Of a DNA stretch of 64,000 nt, positions 12,618 to 24,880 are shown one piece after another. A program made the translations under genes and the position numbers. The notes beneath the pieces are model-generated. The model was not told where the DNA came from, did not search any database, and saw nothing but the letters and a program-made list of their open reading frames with translations. How positions within the stretch are numbered: the first letter of the stretch is position 1; each line of letters opens with the position of its first letter. The stretch is from the human T2T-CHM13v2.0 reference genome, Homo sapiens: the NCBI RefSeq assembly GCF_009914755.1, contig NC_060937.1; one strand, given 5' to 3'.

Positions 12618-13468
12618 AGATTGTTGCATCAGAACCACATACCGCCTGCTTCTCCCTCTCCCGTAATTTATTTCTAAAAGGATCATGCCTCGTTTGGAAG
12701 GTTTTTGTGTGTGTGAAGCCAGTGGACTTTCTTAAAGTTTTTAAAAAATGGATAAAATAAATAGGATTCCAAAGGAAATCCATTATGTTGAAATAGTTAT
12801 CTATGAGTATAAACTCCGAAGACATGATATAGTAGTATATATACTTGGTTTAAAATTAACCTTCGTAAACAAGATCTAGTGGCGAGACTAGTAGTAACTC
12901 CTGGGATTTCAAAGTAACGGTGAGCCTGAACATACCTTACACAGCTAAAGGGTGCAAACGAAAACATCTGTGGTCTCCGTGGTTGTTAAAGTTGCAGGTA
13001 CTGCTAATGTTACTATGGCTTATTGCTTACAGTCATAATTGAAGAATATGCTAAATTTCACTTACAGTGAAAATAAAGATGTACCTTTTTGTTTCCTGAG
13101 TTATCTAGTAAGAGGTTAACTATTCATGATCACTAGATTATTAAAATAATCTTTTTTCATGATCACTAGATCACTCTGAATCCTTGTTTCAGAGCAAGAA
13201 CGACATGATTCTTTTGACACAGATTGAGCTTTTAAAGAGCTCACTCAAAGGGCTTTTAGACGCCAATCTTCTAATCGTTTATGGCAGAGTTAAGGACAGC
13301 AATTGAATGTGATTGCTACTACAAGGATTTTTACTTTCTAGAATTACTTTTAGTTAAAAAGTTGTGGAGATTTATGCTGCATCACCACACTTAAGATCTT
13401 TGCCAATTTCTGGATTTATGTTAAGATTCATCAGTTTATCTCAGATATATTTTTAACACGTGTTTCAG

Positions 13469-13505
13469 AACCGTGGAACCTCTGGAGTATTACAGGAGAT
13501 TTCTG
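13469..13505 (+). CDS. EXOSC8: EXOSC8 exon 2
   Basis: tttcag|A ACC GTG...CTG|gtgagt. Confidence 0.95.
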
Positions 13506-13683
13506 GTGAGTAAAGGTTATGTACATGTTATGCGTTTTGATAACGAGCTGCTTTTAAAGATGAATTTCAAGTAATTTAAATTAATCCATTTGAAGTAACA
13601 TTTAATGTGTGTGTAAAACTTGTGATAGATGTGTAAAATATGTAATAGGTATAATCTATTTTTATATAAACATATTTATTTAG

Positions 13684-13747
13684 AAAGAGAACTGCCGTCC
13701 TGATGGAAGAGAACTTGGTGAATTCAGAACCACAACTGTCAACATCG
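13684..13747 (+). CDS. EXOSC8: EXOSC8 exon 3 ([15 protein letters not shown]...)
   Basis: tttag|AAA...ATC G|gtaagg; RxDGR motif. Confidence 0.95.
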
Positions 13748-14129
13748 GTAAGGATGTATTTTCCACTTTCAACTGTATGATATTCCCAAGTTTTAGTCTA
13801 TGAACCAGCCAAACAGTTTTTCACCCAAATTCTTTGTCTAAAGGATTTGATGATTTTTTTTGTCAAGAGATTTTTATCCGTACAAAAGCCCTGTAACTAA
13901 ATGAAAAATGATTAACACAAATTCAAGGACAGGTGAATAATTATTTAAACACTAATTTAAAATAGTTATGTAAAAATCAATTATTCTAACTTGAAATATT
14001 CATAAGCAACTGAGAGGGGTAGCAAGATAATCGTACACAGCAAACTAAAACACTTAATTTTAATTATTATGTGGATAATTTTGTAGCTGTTTTCCTTTTA
14101 TGAACCTTTCATTTTGCTTATCTTTTCAG

Positions 14130-14203
14130 GTTCAATTAGTACCGCAGATGGTTCTGCTTTAGTGAAGTTGGGAAATACTACAGTAATCTGTGGAGTTAAA
14201 GCA
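14130..14203 (+). CDS. EXOSC8: EXOSC8 exon 4 ([24 protein letters not shown])
   Basis: ttcag|GT...GCA|gtaagt. Confidence 0.95.
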
Positions 14204-15069
14204 GTAAGTCTAAATATGTCCTATTGAGATTTGAGTTACAAAGTTAGCTTTATTTATTAGATTGTAATATACACCTGTAATTCTACTCTTGATTTGGTAG
14301 TTGGGTGTCAATTTTTAATGTTTAATTTCCCAAGAGCTTTCACTATGAGTGTTAGATAATATGACCCAAGTTTAATGACTAAGTGAACAATTGTCAAATG
14401 TAGCAAAATGAAACAACTTTTAAAATCTGAGTCACCATTTTAAAAAAATTGTTATATCATTTGAGACATTAACAGATTTTTGGTGACATCCTTTTAGCCA
14501 GTGATGACATGTAATCTGTGTAAATGTGTAGAAAATTGAAATTGTTGAAAAGAAAAATTTGAGGGAATACTGGCTACCATTTACTGAGTACTTGCTATGT
14601 TCCAGACACCTTTTTAGGTGCTTTACAGAATTATCCACTTTAATGCCTATAACAATCATTTGTTACTTGTCTTCACCTCCTGTTTTACAGATGACTTTCA
14701 GTAACCTGTCCAGGTACATAAGACTCATAAGTAAAACTTAGACATAAATCTGACTCCAAAGCCTGTGCTTCTTTGACTACAGTCTACCCTGTGTTATTTA
14801 ACCTCAGTTGAGATTCTTCTTTCGTAAACCTGGAGTGATGTATAACAGTAAGATTTGAGAACTTGCTCCTTGTCAGGTTTTATGCCTGGGATTTAACAGG
14901 TCTATCTCATTTGGCCCTTATTAACAGTCCCTAGGAGTAGACACTATTTTCTTCCCATTTGACAAGATGAGGAGTTTAAGGTAAGAGGTTAAATAACTTG
15001 CCTGAAGTCTCTCAGCCAGTAAGTATGGCTCTGACATTTGAACTGGCTTAGTAATTGCAGAGCATTTGC

Positions 15070-15446
<377 letters not shown>

Positions 15447-15711
15447 TAGTAGTTGGGGGCACAAACCCAGTTACTATTTTTTAAAAGATCTCCAGGTAAT
15501 CTTGCCGAGCAGCACTGTAGTGTAGTCCACTGTACTGTAGTGCCTTCTTATCTTGTAGAGCTATTGTGAGGATCAGCACCAATGTCCGTAGAGGCCCTGA
15601 CACAATTCCCTAAGCTGATATTTGATAGAGCCTTCCATAACTGATTGCTAAATTGTCTTCATAATTTTTCAGTAGCTTCTTTCAATAGGAAACATTTCTT
15701 TGCTACTATAG

Positions 15712-15757
15712 GAATTTGCAGCACCATCAACAGATGCCCCTGATAAAGGATACGTTG
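15712..15757 (+). CDS. EXOSC8: EXOSC8 exon 5
   Basis: ctatag|GAA...GTT G|gtaagt. Confidence 0.95.
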
Positions 15758-16029
15758 GTAAGTTAAATGGTTTTGTAATTTTAATACAAATACTTTTAAC
15801 ACATTTAATAATTTTTAGTTAAGTCCTAGTTAAGTTGATGTAAAGAAAATTATTCCTAATATTCGGAAATATTTATGAATAAAACAAATTCCTCAAAAGT
15901 TTTCCGTGTGTTAGTAAAAGATAGCATAATAGCAGGATATAGAATTTCATAAATTTAACCTTTATCAAACTTGTTTGCTCAATTTTTGTTTATACATTCA
16001 TAAGTTACTAACCAAGAAAATAGAATTTT

Positions 16030-16343
<314 letters not shown>

Positions 16344-16781
16344 TCAAAGAACTGTCATTGCACACCTTTTGTTTCCATAAAGATTCTTTGCTTTATACAA
16401 CTGCTATTTTTTTCTTGCCTTGGAACCATCTGTTCTTTATGGTAGGAACCAACATTTTTTTTAAATGAGAAAAACAGTTGGATGTTAGCAGAGGGGCTAT
16501 ATATACTTCAGTTACAGATTGAGGTATTTTGAAAGATATCAGGAAAACTCGTAAAGGATTTAGAATTGAGGTCTAAAATAGATTTTTTAAAAAGGCATAT
16601 GGGGGAAAAATGTCAGAAAAATAGAAATTTCATGGCTGGGAGTCTTAGAGAGACCAAACAGAATATAACTATAATGTTACAATGTATTCTACTCAGAAGA
16701 GCCTGTCCATGGCCACAGTTGCCTTTACTGTGGATTGATAATACCTTTAACACTTCAGTAATCCATAAATTGAAAAGTTTA

Positions 16782-17085
<304 letters not shown>

Positions 17086-17116
17086 TTAGTTCATAGCTGC
17101 AGAGTGTTTCTTTCAG

Positions 17117-17222
17117 TTCCTAATGTGGATCTACCACCCCTGTGTTCATCGAGATTCCGGTCTGGACCTCCTGGAGAAGAGGCCCAAGTGGCTAGCCAGT
17201 TCATTGCAGATGTCATTGAAAA
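17117..17222 (+). CDS. EXOSC8: EXOSC8 exon 6
   Basis: tttcag|TT CCT...GAA AA|gtaaga. Confidence 0.95.
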
Positions 17223-17311
17223 GTAAGAGCACCATGATAAAATTTTATTACAATTCATTTTCAGATAGTTTTGGGCTTTTCATTTACTTTGCTCTTTGTC
17301 ATTAAATCAAG

Positions 17312-17357
17312 TTCACAGATAATTCAGAAAGAGGACTTATGCATTTCTCCAGGAAAG
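17312..17357 (+). CDS. EXOSC8: EXOSC8 exon 7
   Basis: atcaag|T TCA...AAG|gtaaga; frame closes only with this AAG acceptor. Confidence 0.92.
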
Positions 17358-18171
17358 GTAAGAGGAATAGAGAAGCTATAAGTTCTTATTAATTCTGAAG
17401 GGATTTTTTTTTTGTGGGGGAAAGTGAACAAGGAAATTAAAACCACCAATCAAAGTAGCTTTAAATATGGATGTCTTACAGATTTTAGAGATTCAGTAAT
17501 TTCTTACTCTATAATTCTCTAAATGAACCATATTGTTTATAAAAAAACAAGTTTGACTAACTTACTGCCTGTCTGGGAGCTACCTTTTAAACTGAAGTAA
17601 TTTTTTTCCCCCTTAACTTTTAAAGTTCAATCATTTTTTATTCCTTATAGCAGATTATAACATTAATCATGTTAACATATGTTTATGGTGAATCCACACA
17701 GTAGATTCCAAAGTCTATTTGAAAATGTAAAACTAGGTTGATTAGAACCTAGAGAGGCTTTCCTACTAGATCATATAAACTGATACATTAGCACTGTAAA
17801 ACTTAAACATTTCATGTATTATGAGAAAGTGCATTTTGAATTTTAGCTAGGGCTTTCAAAACCATCTCCCTTATCTGTAACCTCCCAATGAGAATGGAAA
17901 TTCCTTCTACATCTGTAGCTCCATTAAGGGAAATGGACATGTTTGTCATTTGTCAGCCTGGCAATCAAAAGCCAGCTTTCACAAAACCTGTCCACTTTCT
18001 TCTGGTTTTCTATAGAACTTTAAAAAGGTGAAGCATTTTCTTAAGGTTTTTGAGCCTTGAAAGTTATCTTGCTTGTTTAACCAAGGGTTCTGTGGTTCTT
18101 AAGTCTAAGCGAATAGCATGTTCTACCCATTAGAAGACTTTAATTTCCTTTTGTGTTTAATTCTATTTTAG

Positions 18172-18268
18172 CTTGTCTGGGTTCTATACTGTGATCTCAT
18201 TTGCCTCGACTACGATGGAAACATTTTGGATGCCTGCACATTTGCTTTGCTAGCGGCTTTAAAAAATG
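18172..18268 (+). CDS. EXOSC8: EXOSC8 exon 8 ([21 protein letters not shown]...)
   Basis: ttttag|CTT...AAT G|gtaagc. Confidence 0.95.
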
Positions 18269-18789
18269 GTAAGCAGCCTTACAAAAAAGGCAATATTCCC
18301 ACTCATGGGTTAGAATGTTGTTTTGTGAAACTTTTAATGTACATTTGCTTTCGTATGCTTCCAAATTAATGAATGTAATGCTGACATGACTTTCCAAATA
18401 TAGTTGATAGTTGTATATTCTCTAACTGAATGCTCTTTAGAGTGCTGCTTTGACTGTACCCATCTACTTAAGTTAGGACTTCAGTCCTTTCCAAAATAGT
18501 GTTAATATTGGTGGGAGAAGGAGACAAGAGTTGTAACTTCTGGCTAGGTGATTGGTGAAGATCTGCCAGTATCCTCATAGTTCTTTATGTGATATTGCCA
18601 AAAGAAGTAGAATGGATTCTGTTGTTTTTACTGTGAGGCCATAGTAATAGGGAAGTTTCTTAGCAAGGAGTCTAGGTTGACTGATTAGTTACAGATTTCA
18701 ATAACTTGTGCATATTCCCTATCATTGATGAATGATGAATTGGTAGGAACAAATAATTGGAGGTGGAATATAAAGTTAGCACAGCAATA

Positions 18790-19000
18790 TTATAGTAGAG
18801 TGGTTAAGTGAATTGGAGGTAGAAAATGAAGTCAGCAAAATATTATAATAGACTGGTTAAAGTAGATTCCTGGCTCTCTCACTCTGTGCTGAAGTTTCCT
18901 TATCTATAATAAAATAGGGATAATAGTACTTACTTTGTAAGAGTATTGATTAGGTGAATACAATGAAAATATGAAAATGCTTAAAACAGTACCTGGCAGA
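18790..19000 (+). mobile_element. MIR with diverged ~56-bp tandem duplication at its start (18755-18863)
   Basis: MIR motifs (agtttccttatctataa...aatagggataatagtact). Confidence 0.55.
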
Positions 19001-19253
19001 TATAAATTTAAAAAAAAATCATTGACTTCTTAAACTTAAAAAAAAATTATGCAATAAGCACTAGGTAGGAATGTCAGATGTTGTGAAAAGCAATGTATAT
19101 CCTCTATATTTACCTTAGTGGCTGTAAGGTGCTTTTTAAAAAGAAATGTTCTGGGCAAGTTAAATAGAGGGAAAGGTGAATTAAAAAAAAAAAAGCTTAG
19201 AAATCATTTGTTTCTTAGAGACTTACTTACTTTACAAATTTGCCTTTTCTTAG

Positions 19254-19374
19254 TACAGTTGCCTGAAGTTACTATAAATGAAGAAACTGCTTTAGCAGAA
19301 GTTAATTTAAAGAAGAAAAGTTATTTGAATATTAGAACTCATCCAGTTGCAACTTCCTTTGCTGTGTTTGATGA
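19254..19374 (+). CDS. EXOSC8: EXOSC8 exon 9
   Basis: tcttag|TA CAG...GAT GA|gtaagt. Confidence 0.95.
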
Positions 19375-19670
19375 GTAAGTTAATCAAACTTACTTTAAAA
19401 TTTTCTATATTTAAGATTAGGGTAATTGATGTTCAGCATTCTAACTCTTTAGGAAGTGCTATGGTGACCCTACATCCTAGTTTTCCCTGGACACTTGAGT
19501 TTCTACTTGTCCCTGCACAATTATTTCTAGTCACTGCACAATTATTACCTGTTCCTTGGTTTACTTATACCTGTGTAATGTTAATTTCCAATTCTTTCAC
19601 TATAAGATTTATCTGAAGCTATCTTCAATATTTTCCAAGGATTTTAGCACGTTCAGAAATAGAAGAGCAG

Positions 19671-19855
19671 GGCCGGGCATGGTGGCTCATGCCTGTAATC
19701 CCAGCACTTTGGGAGGCTGAGGCAGGGGATCACCTGAGGTCAAGAATTCAAGACCAGCCTGGCCAACATGTTGAAACCCTGTCTCTACTAAAAACACAAA
19801 AATTAGCTGGGTGTGATGGCGTGTGCCTGTTAATTCCAGCTACTTGGGAGGCTGA
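19671..19855 (+). mobile_element. 3'-truncated AluS
   Basis: Left arm plus start of right arm, no poly(A). Confidence 0.92.
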
Positions 19856-19925
19856 TAGTATGTTTAGTATTTTAAAGTAAAATTTGTTCCATGGATTGAT
19901 AACTTATATTTTTTTCTTTTTATAG

Positions 19926-20032
19926 CACTTTGCTTATAGTTGACCCTACTGGAGAGGAGGAACATCTGGCAACAGGAACCTTAACAATAGTAATGGATGA
20001 GGAAGGCAAACTCTGTTGTCTTCACAAACCAG
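19926..20032 (+). CDS. EXOSC8: EXOSC8 exon 10 ([12 protein letters not shown]...CCLHKP)
   Basis: ttatag|C ACT...CCA G|gcatgt (GC donor); DPTxxEE motif. Confidence 0.93.
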
Positions 20033-20380
20033 GCATGTTCCCGCCACTTCAGTCCTAAACATATGTAGATGAAAACTCAGTGTGAGCCTTAAATTAGGGA
20101 GGGCCAAATAGAATATGGGATATTTTATTTACCTAATTTTAGTATAGTTTCTTAGCTACCTAAAATGTTCTTCCATCTTAATGGTATATGTCAGTGGTTC
20201 TTAAACTTAAGACATACATTAGAATCACTTGGAGGTCTTGTGAAACTAACTTGTAGATCTTGAGACTGTACCCTGATTTACATTATCCAATTTTTTTGTT
20301 TTATAATTTGACATGACATTAATGTTTTTTGAAAAGGAATGATAACTGAGATTAAAAGTATTGGCAAAATAATTTTTCAG

Positions 20381-20496
20381 GTGGAAGTGGGCTAACTGGA
20401 GCTAAACTTCAGGACTGTATGAGCCGAGCAGTTACAAGACACAAAGAAGTTAAAAAACTGATGGATGAAGTAATTAAGAGTATGAAACCCAAATAA
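20381..20496 (+). CDS. EXOSC8: EXOSC8 exon 11 coding part to TAA
   Basis: tttcag|GT GGA...CCC AAA TAA. Confidence 0.95.
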
Positions 20497-20788
20497 ACAG
20501 CCACCACATTTTCAAAACAGATTTGTAAAAATTGTATTTGTTAACACTGTGCACAAACGTTTTATACTAAATAAATATCAAACTACATTCTTCTGAAAGA
20601 TGTTTCTATTATTTCTTAGGTCACTTCCATATATATTATGTATAGTGAAACCATTTTTAAAAAGCAATGACTTAGGCAAACCAACCCTAGTTTGTTAAAC
20701 CATTTCCCTGTTTTTATTTAAAAATGATAAGGTTGTGCTTCTGTATAAAGTTTGTACATCTAGCAATGTAAAATACTGACACATTAAA
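20492..20788 (+). terminator. Candidate EXOSC8 poly(A) signals: AATAAA 20492-20497, AATAAA 20570-20575, ATTAAA 20783-20788
   Basis: Hexamers read directly; GU/U-rich sequence follows the last one; actual usage cannot be seen from DNA. Confidence 0.6.
20533..20718 (-). terminator. Candidate SUPT20H poly(A) signals: AATAAA 20713-20718, variant AATACA 20533-20538
   Basis: TTTATT and TGTATT on the + strand, downstream of the SUPT20H stop. Confidence 0.55.
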
Positions 20789-20868
20789 AAAAACAAAAAG
20801 TAGAAACTCAATTCTTTTGATTCAGTGCTCTTGTGTTTTTAAAAAAGGAACAAAAAGTAATGCAAGAC

Positions 20869-21006
20869 TCAAAATTTTGGAGTGGTTGGCGTGCCTCTCT
20901 TCATTTTACTTTTTGACTGGCTGCCTGTATGCCGATGATGATGTAGCTGAGCTGTTTGTGCTGCTGCTGCTGCCATAGCCATTTGATGCTGCAAGAATCG
21001 CAACTG
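20869..21006 (-). CDS. SUPT20H: SUPT20H exon 26 coding ([17 protein letters not shown]...TPKF*)
   Basis: ttttgcag|CAG TTG...TTT TGA; NAGNAG acceptor. Confidence 0.93.
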   Translation of the reverse strand, partial: QLRFLQHQMAMAAAAAQTAQLHHHRHTGSQSKSKMKRGTPTTPKF

Positions 21007-21748
21007 CTGCAAAAGGGAGGGAAAAAAATCGAGTTATGTTAAATGCAGGCAGGTGTAGAAAGGTGCTTTTCCTGAGTGACGAAACAACACAACTGAAAAA
21101 GGGAGAAAGCACCAAGATAACAAAAAGGGACTATACCACATTGAGACAATGCACAGTCAAACAGCACCAGTGGCACAGAAGCCTGCTAAGGGCTTTAAAA
21201 ATGATTCTTGGCAAACTTCAAAATTATTTGTTACTTTGCCCTGCCAGTCTATATTGTAGTAACTCAGCAACTTCAGTTACCATTTTGTTGTATAATGATG
21301 GTTTATAGCAATATAAAACAACCCTGAATATCAAGATAGTCAACTATAATATGCTGACTTTCCTTCCTAAAATTATGGTATAACATTTTTCTAAATAAAC
21401 AGGTATGACATTTACTAATAGGAACACTTTTCTGCAGTAAAATATTAGAAAGTTAACAATTGGCACTTACAACTGTCTTTCAAAATATACTGCATACTAG
21501 AAAAATGTATGTTAATGTGCCACCAGCACTTCATGAAAAATTTTATAGAGTATGGCTTAAATATACAAAATATATTCAGTGCTCCAAGTTGACTGGCTAA
21601 AATGTCAGACTTTAAAATTTGCTAAATTATTTACCAATTACTGTACAGTCTTAAAAGACAGTAAAATAAAACTAAAGCAAGTTATTTTGAGGTACTTTTG
21701 GAGCTGAGTATCTTTAAAAATGTAATCAGAGTGAAGTTGCTGGATTAC

Positions 21749-21852
21749 TTGTATCTGTTGCTGCTGCTGTTGAAAGGCAGAGGAGAGCTGGAATCTCTGC
21801 TGAGGAAGGCTTTGCTCAGGTCTGTTCTCGGCAGAGCCAAGCTGAGACAACA
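21749..21852 (-). CDS. SUPT20H: SUPT20H exon 25 (104-nt cassette; VLSQLGSAENRPEQ...QQQQQQIQ)
   Basis: ctgtag|TG...CAA|gtaatc. Confidence 0.92.
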
Positions 21853-22771
21853 CTACAGAGAGGAGAAGGGGAAAGCAGGCCAGTCAAAAAGTTTGAAAGC
21901 TACCAGGGTTAGAAAAGGACAACATAGAAAATGAAATAATAGAAAAGTTAGCAGTATGATTAATCTTAAGTATCAAATCATAGACATTTCAGAATAAATT
22001 TAGTATATGGTCTCCTGTTAGTTGGGGGTACCACTGATAATGGAACTTTCTGGACACAAAAAGAGAAGGGAGTGCATTATGTATCAAAGCACTGAACCTC
22101 TCTTCTCTTGCATCTGTATAAAATTTGATATTGATGCTATTTTGTTTAGAAGAGTATATTATTTTTGAAATAAAACCAACAAAGTAGGAGAAGGGAGATG
22201 GAAGAAATCCAAACTATTGTAACAACAAAGCTGGTAGACAGACAATTGCTTTAAACAAAAGATGCTGCAATGAATATCAGACTACTCTACTAACAATAAA
22301 GGTGGTGAACTGAGACTAAGCATTGTTTGTTATTTTTTTAGCTGAATGGGACCACAGTAATCAGTTCAACACTCATTTTACATATGGGGAAGTTTGAAGG
22401 CCAACATGATTTAAGTGACTCAGACTCAAAGTTAAGTATGGCAGTCTGTGGCTAAGAACATTCTCATGATTTTTTTCAGACTAGAGTTGTTTCCACTAAA
22501 TTATACTACAGCTATTTTCGGAAATTCACAATTGGTCTGATAAAGGTATATGATTATATAAACTTCTATTTGGAAATTCACTACCTCTAAATTGGAACTT
22601 TATATGTAAGGATAACTGACTTCCAAAATAAAGATTATCATTCTAAAAGACTTCTAAAGGCATCATAGTAAGCCCACAGTGATAAGATGCTGACAACACA
22701 GTCACTCATTCAATCCTCAAACTCTTATCATAGTTTTCTTATACATATGGCTTACTCTTTTAATTAAGTGT

Positions 22772-22863
22772 GAAGTTAGAATTATCGTCTTCAACTGACA
22801 GGAAGTTAGAATTATCGTCTTCAACTGACAGGAAGTTAGAATTATCGTCTTCAACTGACAGGA
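22772..22863 (+). repeat. Perfect 3 x 30-bp tandem repeat gaagttagaattatcgtcttcaactgacag
   Basis: Direct reading. Confidence 0.97.
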
Positions 22864-23388
22864 TAATCATTAAGAGTAATCTTTAGTTCACCATTTACTG
22901 CTGGAAGTGTTGAGAAGTAATTTAATCTTTTTTTTTAAATGATAAAAGTGACTTACAGAAGTTATGCTATTGACCATTAAGACTTAAGTCATTTATGCAA
23001 CTACAAGTTACCAGAACGAGACAAAAGATTATGCAATCTAGAAAAATTCAGTCTTAACCCAGGAAAACAAAAAAGTTATTAATTAAGATAACTATTGGCA
23101 AACACTGAAAACAGCTCTGGTAACCTAGTAAAGTGGATAATTATTTTGCCAGTAAACTGTAACAAGGAAACACAACTGTGGTAATTATGTTAAGTCAAAG
23201 CTCTTAATCCACTATCAATGAAAAAAAATCTCAGCCATCAATCAATTTAATAGTTTACACATTATAGCTTTACTTTTTCCTGTTTACTGGTTGCAAGGGA
23301 AGGAAAAGAAAATAATTTAAGCGGTGAGATCCCAAATAGATTAGATATGTTTAGTAAATTCAGCATATAAAGTTATGAAGATACCTAC

Positions 23389-23494
23389 CAGCTGCCTGTG
23401 ACTGCATAAAACTTCCTACTCCAGTAAGGTTAATAACAGCAGCTTGCTGAGCAGATAAGGCCTGTTCTTGACTGGTTGAACCTTGCTCAGAACC
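23389..23494 (-). CDS. SUPT20H: SUPT20H exon 24
   Basis: attcag|GGT...GCT G|gtaggt, 106 nt. Confidence 0.93.
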
Positions 23495-23789
23495 CTGAAT
23501 AAAAAAATAATAAATGACTTGTACAAGAAAGAAAAACAAATTTGAGCTGGTGAAAAGAAATCAGTATTTTTTCCTATATGAAAGAAAGCAGTATTAGACT
23601 AGTCTTGTAAAAAGAATAACAAGGAAAATACTTCAAAGGTATTTAGAATAAGCAAGAATAAATTTATGGTATTTGAACAAAGAAAACTTCATTTTTCAGT
23701 GCATCTGTATTTATTGTTTAATGCTACCTAGATAACGCCTAAGGCTTTTATAAAGCTTCACTGAAACAATTTTTTAAAGCTTAAAACAC

Positions 23790-24880
23790 CCTTTGTAACA
23801 TAAACATAGTGCTGGAACTTTTAGTCAGCAGACTAAGTCAAGAAAAGGAAATAAAAGGTATATAGATTTTATAGGAAAAAATAAAATTGTCCTTATTTTC
23901 AAATGGCACAACTGTCTATATGGTAGAAAACCCTAAGCAATCTCCAAAACAGCTCCTAGAAGTAGTAAGTCCAGTAAGAGGGCACAAAACAAGACCAATA
24001 TACAAAAATCAACACTATATATACTAGTAATGAACATGTGAAAACTGAAATAAAAAAAATACCATTCACAATTACTCAAAAAAAAAGAGAAAAGCTTAGG
24101 TATTAATCTTAAGTCTAAGAAAACATATACAGGGCTTGTATACCAAAAACTACAAAACATTGACTTTGGTCTAGATAAGGACATATACTATGTTCATGTA
24201 CTGGAAGACTCACATCATAAAGATGGCAGTTCTTCCCCCAAACTGATCAACAAGTTTAACTCAATTCTTTTAGAAATGCTGGCAAGGTTTTTGTAGATAT
24301 AGACAAGATGACTTTAAAATGTATATGGAAAGGTAGAGAACCTACATTAGCTACAACAATTTTGAAAAATGGTATGGGAGAAAACACTGCCCAATTTTAA
24401 GACACTACAATGAACAAGACAGTGTGGTATTGGCTGAAGGAGAGACACATAGATTAATGAAACAGAACAGGGAACCTAGAAATAGACCCACTCAAATAGA
24501 CCCAACTGACTTTTAACAAATGTGCAGAAGTAATTCAATTCAGAAAGAATAGCTGTTTTTTTTCTTTGTTGTTGTTTTCTTTTTTTTCAACAAATGGTAT
24601 TGAAACAATTGGATACTGATAGGAAAACAAAAACAAACAAAAACAAAACACGGACCTAAGTTGCACATCTTGTACAAAAATTAACTGAAAATGGATCATG
24701 GATTCAAAATAAGAAACTATAAAACTGTTAGAAAAAAAACACAGGAGAAAATCTTTGGGACCTAGAGCTAGGTAAAGAGTTCCGAGACATGAAAACTAGA
24801 GGATATTCCATAAAGAAAAGATACTGTTAACTTGGACTTCAGCAAAATTAAAAACTTTTGCTCTGCAAAAGACATCCTTT
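23790..24880 (+). mobile_element. L1M ORF2 fragment
   Basis: Degenerate RT/C-terminal ORF2 motifs (gaaaaggaaataaaaggtat..., gacagtgtggtattgg). Confidence 0.85.

Noticed and set aside
21007-21115. Upstream acceptors (21092, 21071) and the 69-aa ORF extending the second frame of exon 26
   Set aside because: The exon 24/25 joins I translated hit early stops; only the 3' 33 codons of that ORF are supported, through exon 25 skipping.
21638-21748. Open read-through of exon 25 into the last intron
   Set aside because: A 36-codon open stretch is within chance; nothing in the sequence supports retention.
22772-22863. 30-bp repeats resembling CRISPR direct repeats
   Set aside because: Head-to-tail with no spacers and no cas genes, in a eukaryotic intron.
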